64,000 bases of DNA from an uncultured Planctomycetota bacterium (GTDB taxonomy: Bacteria; Planctomycetota; Planctomycetia; Isosphaerales; Isosphaeraceae): contig CAWJTV010000029.1 of assembly GCA_963845755.1 (NCBI GenBank), forward strand, positions 352,001-416,000, written 5' to 3'. Within the stretch, counting starts at the first letter, position 1. The number at the start of each line of letters is the position of its first letter. The notes under the pieces were generated by a model, which ran no database searches, was not told the origin of the DNA, and saw only the letters and a program-made list of their open reading frames with translations. The position numbers and the translations under genes are program-made. Shown one piece after another: positions 43,197-55,240 of the stretch.

Positions 43197-44561
43197 ACCG
43201 CTTCAGCTTGACCGGCGACGGCACGGGTTGCGGCGGCTCAACCGCCGGAGTCTTCTCGCCGGCATCCCACCGTTTGGCTTCGATCAGGGAATCCACCACG
43301 CGGCGGCGATCTACCAGCGTCTGGCGGAGTTCGCGGCGGCGGCGGTTCCGGGCGCTGACGATGTCGCGGAGGGGGACGGTCGCGCCCGCCAGTTCCTGGC
43401 ACACCGCCCGGCAGAGGAATCGGCCCTGGTGGAACACCCGGACCTCCGCCACGTCGCGCGGATCGTAACGCAGCATGACCTCCTCGCCGACATAGGCGGC
43501 GAGCGTCGGGTCGATGTAACGCATGCCCATGAAGCGGATGCCATCCTGCTGCACCCGCCGCGTCCTGGCGACGGTGAGCAGCAACAAATCGAGCCGCTCC
43601 AGCGAATCCGGCATCTGGGGCAGGAAGCCGCCCGCATCCCAGCGGGCCTGCGGTGCCTGGCCGGTCGTGCTGTGCGGCGTGACCAGGTATTCCCCGATCA
43701 GGTAGGTTTCGATCTCGCCGGCCAGGTCCGCTGCGTCAGCACGGCGGCCCGGTCCGCCTGCGTCCGGGAATAGCCGGGCAGCCGCGAAAGGAGCACCTGG
43801 GAGAGCGAGTCGAAGAACCGCTCGATCTTTCCCCGCCCGCGTGGCCGCGCGACGCTGGAGAAGATCAGCCGGATTTTCAGGTCGGCCGCCACCTGCTCGA
43901 TATGCCGCGAGGTGAAATCGCTGCCGTGATCGGTATAGAGCACCTGCGGGATGCCGCAGACGTGCCAGCCCGGTTGCGGCTTCCGCCAGATCGCCTGCCG
44001 CAACGCCAGGGCCGTCTGGATCGCCGAGGGGGCCGACAACGAGAGGAAATAGCCCGCCACCGCCCGGCTGTAGTCGTCGAGGATGATCGTCAGCCAGGGC
44101 CGGCGGGCGGTGCCGTCGCCGTCCTTGACGAGGATGTCGAGTTCGGTGTGATCGGCCTGCCAGATGGCATTGGGAGCGTCCGCCTCGCGGCGATGGACCA
44201 GGTCGAAGGATTCGCTATACGCTTTCGACCCCTCATGGGCCAGCGTCAGCAGGGCCGGTTCCAGCTTGCCGATCACGGCATGGACCACCTTGTAGCTCGG
44301 CGGCTCCTGCCCCAGCTTCTTCGCCGCCTCGGCCACCTCGCGATGGATGGTAGCCGTCGGCAGCCTGGGCTTTCGCAACGCCAGCCCCTCGATGAGTTGC
44401 TGGAGGGCAGGCGTCAGCTTCCGCTTGTCCTTGTCGTCCCGCTCCTTGCGGGCCAGGCCGGTCAATCCTTCCCGGCGGTAGCGATCGACCCAGCGGCGGG
44501 CGGTGCGGAGGACGATGCCTTGTTCCCGGGCGATTTGAGTCAGAGGGACGCCATCTTCCAG

Positions 44562-46209
44562 GAGCCTGTCTGAGAACTCTGACCCGCATTGTCGCGGATG
44601 AGCCAGGTGTACGGACGGAGTCGGTTCGGGCACAATGCGGGTTTCCGACCTTTCCTCTACCTTGGTGCCTGATCGGGGAGCCGAATCATGGAGGGCCGAC
44701 GCAAGACCTACCGAGCCTGGGACCCTCGACAGAATGGTCACGACGCCATCTCGCCGCCGGAGGCGCTCCCCGAAGACGATCTGGTGTTCTTCCTCATCGA
44801 TCTCATCCCGCAGCTTGACCTCACTCCGTTCCACAAGCATTATGCCCAGGAACTGCGCGGCCAACCCCCCTTCGACGTGACCATGATGGTGACGCTGCTG
44901 GTCTATGCCTACTGCATCGGTGTCCGCTCCAGCCGGAAGATCGCCGCCGCCTGTGAGCGCAATCTGGCGTTCCGAGCCATTGTCGGTATCGATCGGCCCG
45001 ACTTCCGCACTATCAGCGATTTTCGCAAGATCCACCTGGCGGCACTGCGGCCCCTGTTCCTTGAGGTGCTGCGCATCGCGGGCGAGTTGGGGATGGTCAA
45101 GTTGGGGAACCTGTCCACCGACGGGACCAAGATGGGGGCCAACGCCTCGCGGCACAAGGCGATGAGCTACGGCTACATGGGGAAGGAAATCGAACGGCTG
45201 AAGGCCGAGATCGAGCAAATGCTCCAGGAAGCTGAGCAGCTCGACGCCGAGCAAGATGCGGCGTTGGGGAGCCGTCGCGGCGACGAACTGCCGGCGGAAT
45301 TGAAGCGGCGTGACGATCGGTTGGCCAAGATTCGCGAGGCGAAAGCGCGGCTGGAAGCCGAGGCGGCTGCCCGGGCGGACGAAGAACAACGCCGCCGGGA
45401 TCAGGCCCAAGCCCAGCGGGAAGCGGACGGCCGCAAACGCCGGGGCAAGCCACCGGCTCCGATCGATCCGAGTCCCGAGGAGAAGGTGCAAATGAACTTC
45501 ACCGACCCCGAAGCGAAGATCATGAAGCAGAGCAACAAGGGGTTCGATTATTCGTACAACGCCCAGGCGGTGGTGGATGGCGCGCACCAGATCATCGTCG
45601 CCCCGGACGTGACCTCAGCGCCCAACGACAAGGAACAGGCGGTGCCGATGGCGCAAGCAGCCTTAAACAATCTGGAGGCGGCTGGGATCCCGCGGCCGAT
45701 GGCCAGCGACGGGACCCCGACGCCGATTCCGAACACGGCGGACACGGGCTATTTCAGCGCGAAAGCGGTGGCGGGACTGGAGCAGCTCGGCATGGACCCG
45801 TATGTGGCTGTTGAGCGTCAGAAGCACCACGTGGCTGCGGTGACGTCGGCGACGACGGCTCCCGCACCGGAAGCGAGTGTGAACGAGAAGATGCAGCACA
45901 AACTGCGTACGGCGGCCGGCAAAGCCCTGTACGCGGCGCGGAAGCAGATCGTCGAACCGGTCTTCGGCCAGATCAAATTCGCGCGGGGGATTCGCCAGTT
46001 TCTGCTCCGTGGCTTGGAGAAAGTCTCCGCCGAGTGGCAACTGATCGGCCTGACCCACAATCTACTGAAGATTTGGCGCCACACCTGCGCCGCCGCCGAG
46101 AGTTGAGTGGGATAGTGCGCGCCGAGGGCGGGGCCGAGGCCGAAATGGCCAAGGCCCGGTGGGAACCCAGGGGCCAAGGCGAGACACGGGCGAATTCTCG
46201 GACAGGCTC
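44562..46209 (+). mobile_element. IS1182-family insertion sequence
   Basis: TIR GAGCCTGTCTGAGAACTC / GAATTCTCGGACAGGCTC; flanks CCAG / CTAG. Confidence 0.9.
44688..46106 (+). CDS. IS1182-family transposase
   Basis: RSSRKIA, PDFRTISDFRK, DGTKMGANAS, NFTDPEAKIM, YNAQAVVD, ADTGYFS, VEPVFGQIK. Confidence 0.95.
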   Translation: MEGRRKTYRAWDPRQNGHDAISPPEALPEDDLVFFLIDLIPQLDLTPFHKHYAQELRGQPPFDVTMMVTLLVYAYCIGVRSSRKIAAACERNLAFRAIVGIDRPDFRTISDFRKIHLAALRPLFLEVLRIAGELGMVKLGNLSTDGTKMGANASRHKAMSYGYMGKEIERLKAEIEQMLQEAEQLDAEQDAALGSRRGDELPAELKRRDDRLAKIREAKARLEAEAAARADEEQRRRDQAQAQREADGRKRRGKPPAPIDPSPEEKVQMNFTDPEAKIMKQSNKGFDYSYNAQAVVDGAHQIIVAPDVTSAPNDKEQAVPMAQAALNNLEAAGIPRPMASDGTPTPIPNTADTGYFSAKAVAGLEQLGMDPYVAVERQKHHVAAVTSATTAPAPEASVNEKMQHKLRTAAGKALYAARKQIVEPVFGQIKFARGIRQFLLRGLEKVSAEWQLIGLTHNLLKIWRHTCAAAES

Positions 46210-46474
46210 CTAGGAAGGGGCGTATGATCTGAAATCGGGCGAGAGCACGCGACCGGGCCTCTTCGGGCAGGTTGCTCAATGAGACGGCGAGGGCTTCCAC
46301 TGGCTTGGGTGGATGACTCATGGATGAACACGATACGGCCGTGCATTTCCGCCGTCAACGACCCGGGGTGACAAATAGCGGGGCAAAAAAGGTGACATTT
46401 ACCGGGCAAGTTAACATACAGGGGGGTGAATTCGCAGCGACCCAAGGGTGTGCGCAACGCAATCGTTACGCGCT

Positions 46475-46879
46475 CTATGGGGAGTCAAATCGATCGCTGT
46501 CGGTCTTGTGCGCGGACACGTCACCCAGAATGTCGCAGAGGAGGTCGAGTCCCGTGTCTTCGGCGGGCGGTCTTGACCGCCAGAACTCCTGCTGCCGAGA
46601 CATTTCGTCGGCGGACTCACCAAGCCTCGGGGCCTCGAAGTACAGGATCGTCTCGCCCTCGTGACCCCCGTCGATGCCAACGAACCGAATATCCGATGCA
46701 GAAACGAGCCAGGCCGGCCGACGGCCCGGCGGGCGGCTGCGGCCGAGAAATCCCATCAGGATCGATCGCCGCACGGCCGGCCCGATCAGGCGCAGCAGGT
46801 TGCCGACTGGGACGGGCGGCGCTTCACTTCCGTACTCGGCGCGTCCCATGAGCCGGATCGTGTGATGGATTCGATGCAT
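46475..46879 (-). pseudogene. Hypothetical protein, probably truncated near the transposon end
   Basis: ATG after AGGAGG; ORF ends ~60 bp from the right end of transposon 2. Confidence 0.45.
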
Positions 46880-47089
46880 GACGGGCCTCCTGGACCGATC
46901 ATCGGCCGGCGCTCCTGCCAATAGCTACTGAACGCCTGATCCAATTCTGTCCGGTCGATCCTGCCCAGACAAGGCGGGAATTTCCCGGGATGAGTTGCCA
47001 GACCCGAAAAAGTGTCCGATAGTAAGGTTGTCGGGATTTCCCAATTGGCGTTCGGGGTGCGCGAAGAGATAAAAAGGCAGGGGATCCGA

Positions 47090-47515
47090 TGGGAAACGAA
47101 CGGGAAACGCGCATCGATGCACTCGGCGATCGTCGGCAAACGAAATCGTCGAAACGAAGCCAGCGGGCCGGCGTGGTGGGGGGTGGGGGGTACGTGGCGG
47201 GACAAAGCCCATCGCGATTTGGACGAAAGGAAGCCAACGCCATCCCCAACCACCGCGATTTCGAGAAAAACGAAGCCACGATTATAGCGATCAGGCAAAC
47301 TTTACGGCTAATGATGAATGGTAGGATCGTCAGGACTGGCGCGATCTGCACGAATAGGCGGATCGGACCGATTTCGAGGGCTGGGGTCCGATGGAAGACT
47401 ACCGCAATTTCGACGAAACGAAGCCAACTCAGCCCCCGACCACCGCGATTTCGAGGAAAACGAAGCCATCGGGGCCGCGCCGTGCCCCGAAACCCTCAAA
47501 ACGAAGCCACGACGA
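47090..47515 (+). repeat. Degenerate array of (CGATTTCGA)CGAAACGAAGCCA motifs
   Basis: AAACGAAGCCA or AAGGAAGCCA near 47153, 47226, 47268, 47416, 47458 and 47499; two ~65-bp doublets. Confidence 0.7.
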
Positions 47516-48266
47516 TCGGGGCGGCAGCGAGGATGCGGTTGGTACGGGCCTTGACGGACGATCCCAATTGGGGACGTCGAATCGATGGTGGGAAGGAAAC
47601 GGGAGATGGCGGCTGTGGGGAATCACGCGAACGGCGCGAGGAGGCGATTGTTGCCGGTTTTGCCAGCGACAGGGGAGAGGCCCCGGATCCCCACCCGACC
47701 CCATCCCGCCAGCGGAGGTCCGCGCTCCGGTCGGCCATCACCATTCTTCCCGCAAGAGCCACCCTGGGTCATCCATCCACAACCTTGAGTGGCCCGGATT
47801 TTCCACTGACTTCTGAGACGCTCACCCGTGCGAACGGCTGTACACGCTTTTCAACAGGACTCTGGTCCCCGTATAGTAGGAATGAGGTCGGCCAGAGACC
47901 CGCATGCCGTCCGCATGAGCCGGTTCGCTTGGCCCCTACCCTCTGCGGATCGGGTTGCGACAGCCTGATCCCCCGTCCAGCCATGGCGGCACAGCACCCC
48001 CAGATCCAGGCGAGCGCGATCGATCGTGCGATCCGGCGACTCGCCTCGGCCAGCAACGGCGTACCCTCTTTTCAACACACCCCGAGTCCTGGATGATGAA
48101 CCTTCGCCTCTTAGTCGAGAAGGGTGCGGCTACACCCAGACCGCGACGACACTCGTCCTATCGACGTGGCGTGAGACCGATCGGGGAAAACATCGTGGCA
48201 CGACGAAAGCGAAACAACGCGAAGCGTCCGAAGCGGTTCGATCGCAACCGACAGGGGAAAGTCCTC

Positions 48267-51200
48267 ATGGCGACTGCTGAGGAACGGATCGGCTCCAAGG
48301 ACTCTGGCCCTGACAAGGATGGCCGCGCTGACCATCTGCGAATCGCGCTCGCGTGGGGCATCACGGGGCTCGTGCCCTGGCTCGTCCTCGCCGGTATCGG
48401 CGCGCTCCTCTTTTTCCTGGTCAAGCGATTCGGGCCCGTGCCCTGGCTCGTCATCGGCGGCATCGCCGTCCCGAGCCTTTTCGTGGCCCAGTTGGTTTGG
48501 CGGGCCATCTTCCGGCAACGCGTCGGAATGCTGGTCCTGTTCCTGGCTGTCGTTGCGGTCGGGACAACCCACGGTTACGCCGATTCGAAGGATTCGCCCC
48601 CCGCGACCACGCCGCGCCCGGTGGGGTTCGCGCGGGATATCCGGCCGCTGCTCTCGGACAATTGCTTTGCCTGCCACGGGCCGGACGAGAAGGCACGCAA
48701 GGCCCAATTCCGGCTCGACACCCAGGAAGGTGCCTTCGCCGACCTCAAGGACGGCGGCCGAGCGATTGTGCCGGGCAAGCCCGACGATAGCGACCTGATC
48801 TTCCGGATCGAGAGCGACGACCCCGAGCTGCAAATGCCGCCGAAGAAGAGCGGCAAGCATTTGACCCCCGAGCAAATCGCGTTGATCCGGCGATGGGTCG
48901 AGCAAGGGGCATCCTGGACCAAACACTGGGCGTTCAAGCCTCCCCGGAAGCCCGATCTGCCGGCCATCAAGGATTCCCGATGGCCGGTCAACGAAATCGA
49001 CCGCTTCCTCCTCGCCCGCCTCGAGGCCGATGGGCTCGCGCCGGAATCCGAAGCGAGCAAGACCGCTCTCATCCGTCGCGTCACCCTCGACTTGACCGGC
49101 TTACCCCCCACCCTCCCGGCGGTCAACGCGTTCCTGAACGATCGCTCCGAGGGTGCCTATGAGCGGGTCGTCAACCGGCTCCTGGAATCCCCCCAATACG
49201 GCGAGCACCTGGCGCGGTTCTGGCTCGACGCCGCCCGGTACGGCGACACCCACGGCCTGCACCTCGACAACTACCGCGAGATCTGGCCCTATCGCGACTG
49301 GGTCATCCGCGCCTTCAACAGGAACAAGCCGTTCGACCAGTTCGTCATCGAGCAACTTGCCGGCGATTTGCTCCCCAAGCCGACCCTCGACCAGATCGTC
49401 GCCACCGGATTCAATCGCTGCCACGTCTCGACCAATGAAGGCGGATCGATCGAGGAAGAGGTCTACGTCCGCAATATCGTGGACCAGGTCGACACCAATG
49501 GAACGGTCTTCATGGGACTCTCCACGGGCTGGCGCGGTGCCACGACCACAAGTACGACCCGATCCGTGCGAAGGACTACTACCAGCTCTTCGCGTTCTTC
49601 AACAACATCGATGGCCCCCCGATGGACGGCAATGCGGCCAGATGGGAACCAATCCTCCCCGTGCCGACCGCGGCCCAGCGCAAGACCCTCGCGGCCGTCA
49701 ACGGCGAGATCGCGGCGATCCAGAAGTCCATCACCGCCGAGGCCGCGCGGGTGGCCGACGAGTATGATCCCGGCGACGACTGCGAATGTTGCGAGGAATC
49801 CGCCCGCGCCGACTTCGTCTGGATCGACGACGCCCTGCCCCCCGGTGCCCGTCGCGAAGGCGACAGCGCGTGGGAATTCGTCGGCAAGCCAGACCACCCC
49901 GTCAAGAACGGCCGCCTCTCCCTCCGAGCCACTGCCAGGGGCCTCGACCAGCGCGTCTTCCTGACCGACGCAGAAACGCTCAAGACCGGCGAAGGAGATA
50001 CGCTCTTCGCTCACATCTACATCGATCCGAAAAAACGTCCGAGGGAAGTGATGCTCCAGTGGCACACGAAGGCGGGGTGGTCTCACCGCGCCTACTGGGG
50101 CGAGAACGCGATCGACTGGGGCAAGGACGGCACGCCGGAGCGATTGCGCATGGGGAATCTGCCGGAGACCGGCAAGTGGGTGCGGCTGGAGGTGCCGACC
50201 GCCAGCTTGAAGCTTGCGCCGGGGACCGTAATCGACGGCTGGGCGTTCACCCAGCATGGGGGCACGGTCCACTGGGACCAGGCCGGCCTCACGACCATGA
50301 CCCCGCAGCCGGGGCAGTTCTATGACTCGCTCACGGCCTGGGCCAAGGCCCAGCGCACCCTGGGCGCCGTGGGACTGCCGGAAAACCTCAAGCCGATCGT
50401 CCGGAACGATCGATCGAAGTGGACCGAGGCCCAAACCCGGGAACTTCGCGGCTACTTCGTCGCGCATTCGTATGCCCGGACCAGAGACGCCACGGCCCCG
50501 TTGCGAGCGAAGCTGACGGCGACGCAGGAGAAGCGGAAGGCGATCGAGCAGCAGTCCCCCACGACGCTGGTCTTCCGCGAGAAGGGCGGCGAGCCCAAGC
50601 CGGCGTTCTTGCTCAAGCGGGGCGAGTACGACCAGCGGGGCGAGAAGGTCGGCCGGGGCGTGCCGGCGTTCCTGCCGCCGCTGCCGCCGGGCGAGCCGGT
50701 CAACCGGTTGGGACTGGCGCGCTGGCTGGTCGCGCCCGATCATCCGCTGACCGCACGCGTGACGGTCAATCGCCTCTGGCTCCAGGTGTTCGGGACGGGA
50801 ATCGTCAAGACGGCGGAGGACTTCGGGCGCAGGGCGAGCCGCCCAGCCATCCCGAGCTCCTGGACTGGCTGGCGGTGCGGTTCCGCGAGGACGGCTGGGA
50901 CGTCAAGCGGTCCCTGAAGCGGCTGGTGATGTCGGCCGCATACCGGCAGTCGTCGCGGGTCACGGCCGAGAAGCTGGCGAAGGACCCGGCCAACCGCCTG
51001 CTCTCGCGGGGGCCGCGGTACCGGCTCGACGCCGAGATGCTTCGTGACCAGGCGATGTTCATCAGCGGGCTGCTGGTCGAGGAGGTGGGCGGACCGAGCG
51101 TCAAGCCACCCCAGCCGGCCGGGCTCTGGGAGGCCGTCGGCTACACCGGGAGCAACACCGTCAAGTTCGTCGCCGACCACGGCGCAGGAGAAAGTCCATC

Positions 51201-51655
51201 GCCGCAGTCTCTACACCTTCTGGAAGCGCACCTCGGCGCCCCCGCAGATGACCACCCTCGACGCCCCCTCGCGCGAGGCGTGCACCGTGCGCCGCGAGCG
51301 GACGAATACCCCCCTCCAGGCCCTGTTGCTCATGAACGAGCCGCAGCTCGTCGAGGCCTCGCGCGCCCTGGCCGAGCGGACCCTCCGCGAAGCCGGACCG
51401 ACGAACCCGGACCGCCTGACGCACATGTTCCGGCTGGTCACCGCCCGATGCCCCGGCGCCGGGGAAATCGCCGAGCTCGAGGCGGCCCTCAAGGACCTGA
51501 CCGCTCATTACACCGGCCAGCCCGAGGCCGCCCGGCAATTGATCGCCATCGGCGAGACCAAGCCCGACCCCCGTTTCAAGGCCGGTGAGCTGGCCGCCTG
51601 GACCATGATCGGAAACATTGTTCTGAACCTGGATGAGGTGATCACGAAGGGATGA
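48267..51655 (+). CDS. Planctomycete cytochrome c / DUF1549 / DUF1553 protein (frameshifts)
   Basis: [68 protein letters not shown]. Confidence 0.9.
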
Positions 51656-51726
51656 ATCTCATCCGGTAGAAGAAGAACCTCCGCGCCTCCGCGTGAAGCT
51701 CTCACCGTGACCATCAGGAGCCCGCC

Positions 51727-53216
51727 ATGGACCCCATTCGCGAACAGATCGACGTCCTGACGCGCCGGCATTTCTTCGGCCGGGCGGGCATCAGCTTGGG
51801 CAGTGCCGCGCTGGCCAGCCTGCTGGCCGAGGGGAATGCGCGGGCGCGGACACATCGCCGAAGGGAACGGACGGGGCGACCCTGTCCGCCGCCGGCGGAC
51901 TTCCCGGGTTGCCTCATTTCGCGCCCAAGGCGAAGCGGGCGATCTACCTGTTCATGAACGGCGGCCCGTCGCAGATGGACCTGTTCGACTACAAGCCGGC
52001 CATGGGCCCGATGTTCGACAAGGACCTGCCCGACTCGATCCGGATGGGTCAACGTCTGACCACGATGACCAGCGGCCAGTCCCGCTTCCCGATCGCGCCT
52101 TCCAAATACAAGTTCGCCCGGCACGGACAGGCGGGGACCTTGGTCAGCGAGCTGTTGCCCTGGACGGCCAAGATCGTCAACGAGATCGCACTGATCAAGT
52201 CGGTCTGGACGGAAGCGATCAACCACGACCCGGCCGTCACGTATATTTGCACGGGTAACCAGCTACCGGGGCGCCCCAGCCTGGGTTCCTGGCTGAGCTA
52301 CGGCCTGGGCACGACGAACCGGGACTTACCCGCCTTCGTCGTGATGACGGCGACCTGGACCGGCCGCAAGGAGGCCCAGGCGATCTACAACCGGCTCTGG
52401 GGCTCGGGCTACTTGCCGAGCAAGCACCAGGGCGTCGCGTTGCGCTCCAGCGGCGACCCGGTCCTCTTCCTGTCGAATCCCGCGGGGGTCGATCCCGCGA
52501 TCCGCCGGCGCGCCCTCGACGCGATCAGCCGGATCAACCAGGAGGAGTACCGCCAGTTCGCCGACCCCGAGACCCAGACGCGGATCGCCCAGTACGAGAT
52601 GGCCTTCCGCATGCAGACCTCGGTCCCCGAGCTGACCGACATCTCCAACGAGCCGAAGCACGTGCTGGACATGTACGGGCCGGACGTGCACACACCGGGC
52701 ACGTTCGCGCGTTGCGCACTCCTGGCCCGTCGGCTGGCCGAGCGCGACGTGCGGTTCGTCCAGATCTTCCATCGCGGCTGGGACCAGCACGGGAACCTCC
52801 CCGGCGACCTGCCCCACCAGTGCCACGACGTCGATCAACCCTGCCACGCGCTCATCACCGACTTGAAACAGCGCGGGTTACTCGACGACACGCTGGTCAT
52901 CTGGGGCGGCGAGTTCGGCCGGACGGTGTATTGCCAGGGCCGGCTGACCCGCAACGACTACGGCCGCGACCACCATCCCAAGTGCTTCCCGACCTGGATG
53001 GCCGGCGGCGGCATCAAGCCCGGAGTCTCGTATGGCGAGACCGACGACTTCAGCTACAATATCGTCTCCAACCCGGTGCACATCCACGACCTGAACGCCA
53101 CGATCCTCCACTGCCTGGGCATCGATCACCGCCGGCTGAGCTTCCGGTTCCAGGGCCTCGACGTCCGCCTCACCGGCGTCGAGGAGCATCACCCGGTCAA
53201 GGGGGTCCTGGCGTGA
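51727..53216 (+). CDS. DUF1501 family protein with Tat signal (frameshift ~51860-51900)
   Basis: [47 protein letters not shown]. Confidence 0.9.
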
Positions 53217-53274
53217 TTCCAATCACCTGACTCGAATCGGACCGCTCTCAGGGTCCGCGAGGGCGCCCCCATCG

Positions 53275-54280
53275 ATGAAGACGGTCCACGTTGCCGTCGT
53301 GCAGGCGGCACCGGTCGCGTTCGACCGGGAAAGAACCCTGGAAACGGTCCGCGGCCTGGCCATTGAGGCGGCCGACCGGGGGGCGCGTCTGATCGTCTTC
53401 CCCGAGGCGTTCGTCTCGGGCTACCCGCGCGGGCTCGATTTCGGAGTCCGGATCGGCTCCCGCACTCCCGAAGGCCGCGAGTTGTTCCGCCGCTACTGGG
53501 ACAGCGCCGTGGACGTACCCGGCCCGGCCGTCGACTCCCTCGGCAACACGGCCCGAGATACCGGCGCAGTACCTGGTCATCGGCGTCGTGGAGCGCGCAG
53601 GGCGGCACGCTCTACTGCTCGGTCCTGTTCTTCGATCCCGACGGCGCCCTGCTGGGCAAGCATCGCAAGCTGATGCCCACCGCCGCCGAGCGCCTGGTCT
53701 GGGGCTATGGCGACGGCTCGACCATGCCCGTCTTCGACACCCCCATCGGTAAGCTCGGCGCCGTGATCTGCTGGGAGAATTACATGCCGATGCTGCGGAT
53801 GCACATGTACGCCCAGGGGATCCAGATCTATTGCGCCCGACGGCCGACGACCGCGAGACCTGGCTGTCAACCCTGCGTCACATCGCCCTGGAGGGGCGTT
53901 GCTTCGTCCTGGGCTGCAACCAGTTTGCCCGCCGCTCCGACTACCCGGCCGACTATCCCGCCATCCAGGGGGACGACCCGTCAACCGTCATGTCGCGGGG
54001 CGGTAGCTGCATCGTCAACCCGCTGGGCCGGCTGCTGGCCGGGCCGGTCTTCGACGGACCGACGACCCTCTCGGCCGAGCTGGACCTCGAGGAGATCCCC
54101 CGCGCCAAGTTCGACTTCGATGTCGCCGGCCACTACGCGCGTCCCGACGTCTTCCGGCTGGTCGTCAACGAGTCACCGACGCCGCCGGTTGTACGACAGA
54201 CCGGATCTCCTGCACCCTCCTGTCCCGAACCCGCCCGGCCTCCCGAATCGGTAAAGCCGGTCGAGGAACCGCTGCGATGA
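53275..54280 (+). CDS. Nitrilase (carbon-nitrogen hydrolase), frameshifts
   Basis: [30 protein letters not shown]. Confidence 0.9.
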
Positions 54281-54297
54281 CCCGTTCGCCTCGCGAT

Positions 54298-54564
54298 TCA
54301 CGGATGTTCCGGTGAAGCCCCGAGCCGCTCGAGCTCGGATCGGAGGCGGTTTCTGGCCCGCTGTTCGGCGGTGAGCTGCGACTTCGATATGTAACCGCGC
54401 TGATGCATCCGCCCCGCCCACTCAAATCGATCCTCCGCCCTCTGGAGATCGACTCTGATCGCCGCGATGCGCCTCCTCCGCTCCCACGTCAGGACGATGG
54501 CGATCACGGCCACGAGGACCATCAGCCACAGCAAGGTCAGCCGGGGCCGGAAGAAGCGTCTCAT
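54298..54564 (-). CDS. Small membrane-anchored hypothetical protein
   Basis: RPRLTLLWLMVLVAVIAIVL TM, then RGYISKSQL coiled region. Confidence 0.6.
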   Translation of the reverse strand: MRRFFRPRLTLLWLMVLVAVIAIVLTWERRRRIAAIRVDLQRAEDRFEWAGRMHQRGYISKSQLTAEQRARNRLRSELERLGASPEHP

Positions 54565-54676
54565 CAGGATCGTCCTCGGCGAGTCAGGACCCGCTGCGGA
54601 TGGTACCCGGCAACTCGGAATGGCCCAAAACGACGATTGTCGGTGATCTCGGCCCAACACACAACCGGGACGCGGG

Positions 54677-55144
54677 CTAGATCCGCTCCTCGATCAGGAC
54701 GGGCATGCGGTTCGAGCGAGTCATGACCTGGTAATAATGGCTCGCGGGCTCGCAGATCATGTAGACCACGGCCTTGCCGCGCTCGTCCGGGACGAGTAGG
54801 CCGCGGATCCCTTGCCGGATGCGGTACCAGACCCCGCGATCCAGCCCGAGCGTGGCGGGGATGTCCACGAGGATCGGGTTGAGTCCGCGCCAGTACCCCT
54901 CCTGGACGGTCAACAGCCACGTCCAGCCGGTGCGCGGCAGGAAACGGCTCTCGCCCCGACCGTTGCCCCAGCGCACGACCAGGATTTGACCGTCGCGCCA
55001 GACCGGCAGCCGGGGTTGGCGGTCGCGATAGAGGAAACGCACCTCCCGCTCGCCCCCACGATCGTGGACGCGACGCTCCAGCCCCTGCCGCTCGATCAGC
55101 TCCTTGGGCAGCTCACTCCATGCCAGAGATATTCCAACGCACAT
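54677..55144 (-). CDS. Divergent SRAP (YedK/HMCES-like) protein
   Basis: N-terminal MC, RWG, C-terminal RMPVLI; downstream of a Y-family polymerase. Confidence 0.6.
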   Translation of the reverse strand: MCVGISLAWSELPKELIERQGLERRVHDRGGEREVRFLYRDRQPRLPVWRDGQILVVRWGNGRGESRFLPRTGWTWLLTVQEGYWRGLNPILVDIPATLGLDRGVWYRIRQGIRGLLVPDERGKAVVYMICEPASHYYQVMTRSNRMPVLIEERI

Positions 55145-55159
55145 GGGATTAGTAGCGTC

Positions 55160-55238
55160 GTGAGTGGCAAGTGGCAAGTGAATCCGAGAGGACGGACCGG
55201 TTCGTATCTCTTGCCACTCGCCACTTGCCACTTGCCAC
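55160..55238. repeat. Intergenic inverted array of GTGGCAA heptamers
   Basis: GTGAGTGGCAAGTGGCAAGTG ... CTTGCCACTCGCCACTTGCCACTTGCCAC. Confidence 0.8.
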
Positions 55239-55240
55239 GA

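Larger units (their letters stand above)
43180..46321 (-). pseudogene. tniA: TniA/Mu-like DDE transposase interrupted by IS1182
   Basis: RFQIIRPFL | EDGVPL..., WQADHT, DDYSR, YTDHGSDF, RGKIERFF, LRYDPRD. Confidence 0.9.
39787..46416. mobile_element. Tn552/Tn5053-like transposon 2 (tniA, tniB, LRR cargo, res, resolvase; no tniQ)
   Basis: Ends TGTTAACTTCCCCG..TAAATGTCACCCTTTTTGTCCCGCTATTTGTCACCC and GGGTGACAAATAGCGGGGCAAAAAAGGTGACATTTACCGGGCAAGTTAACA. Confidence 0.85.

Noticed and set aside
43698..45587. 629-aa ORF as a fusion protein
   Set aside because: It is antisense read-through of IS1182 running in frame into the interrupted tniA.
36632..46421. Target site duplications for the two Tn552/Tn5053-like elements
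   Set aside because: Flanks CACGT/CATGC and CGTGC/TACAG do not match in any pairing, so no TSD is claimed.
47090..47515. Possible CRISPR array
   Set aside because: Repeats are short and degenerate, spacing is irregular, linkers resemble each other and no cas genes are in the window.
47846..47863. Isolated IS end (reverse complement GAGTCCTGTTGAAAAG)
   Set aside because: No partner end or transposase fragment could be identified nearby.
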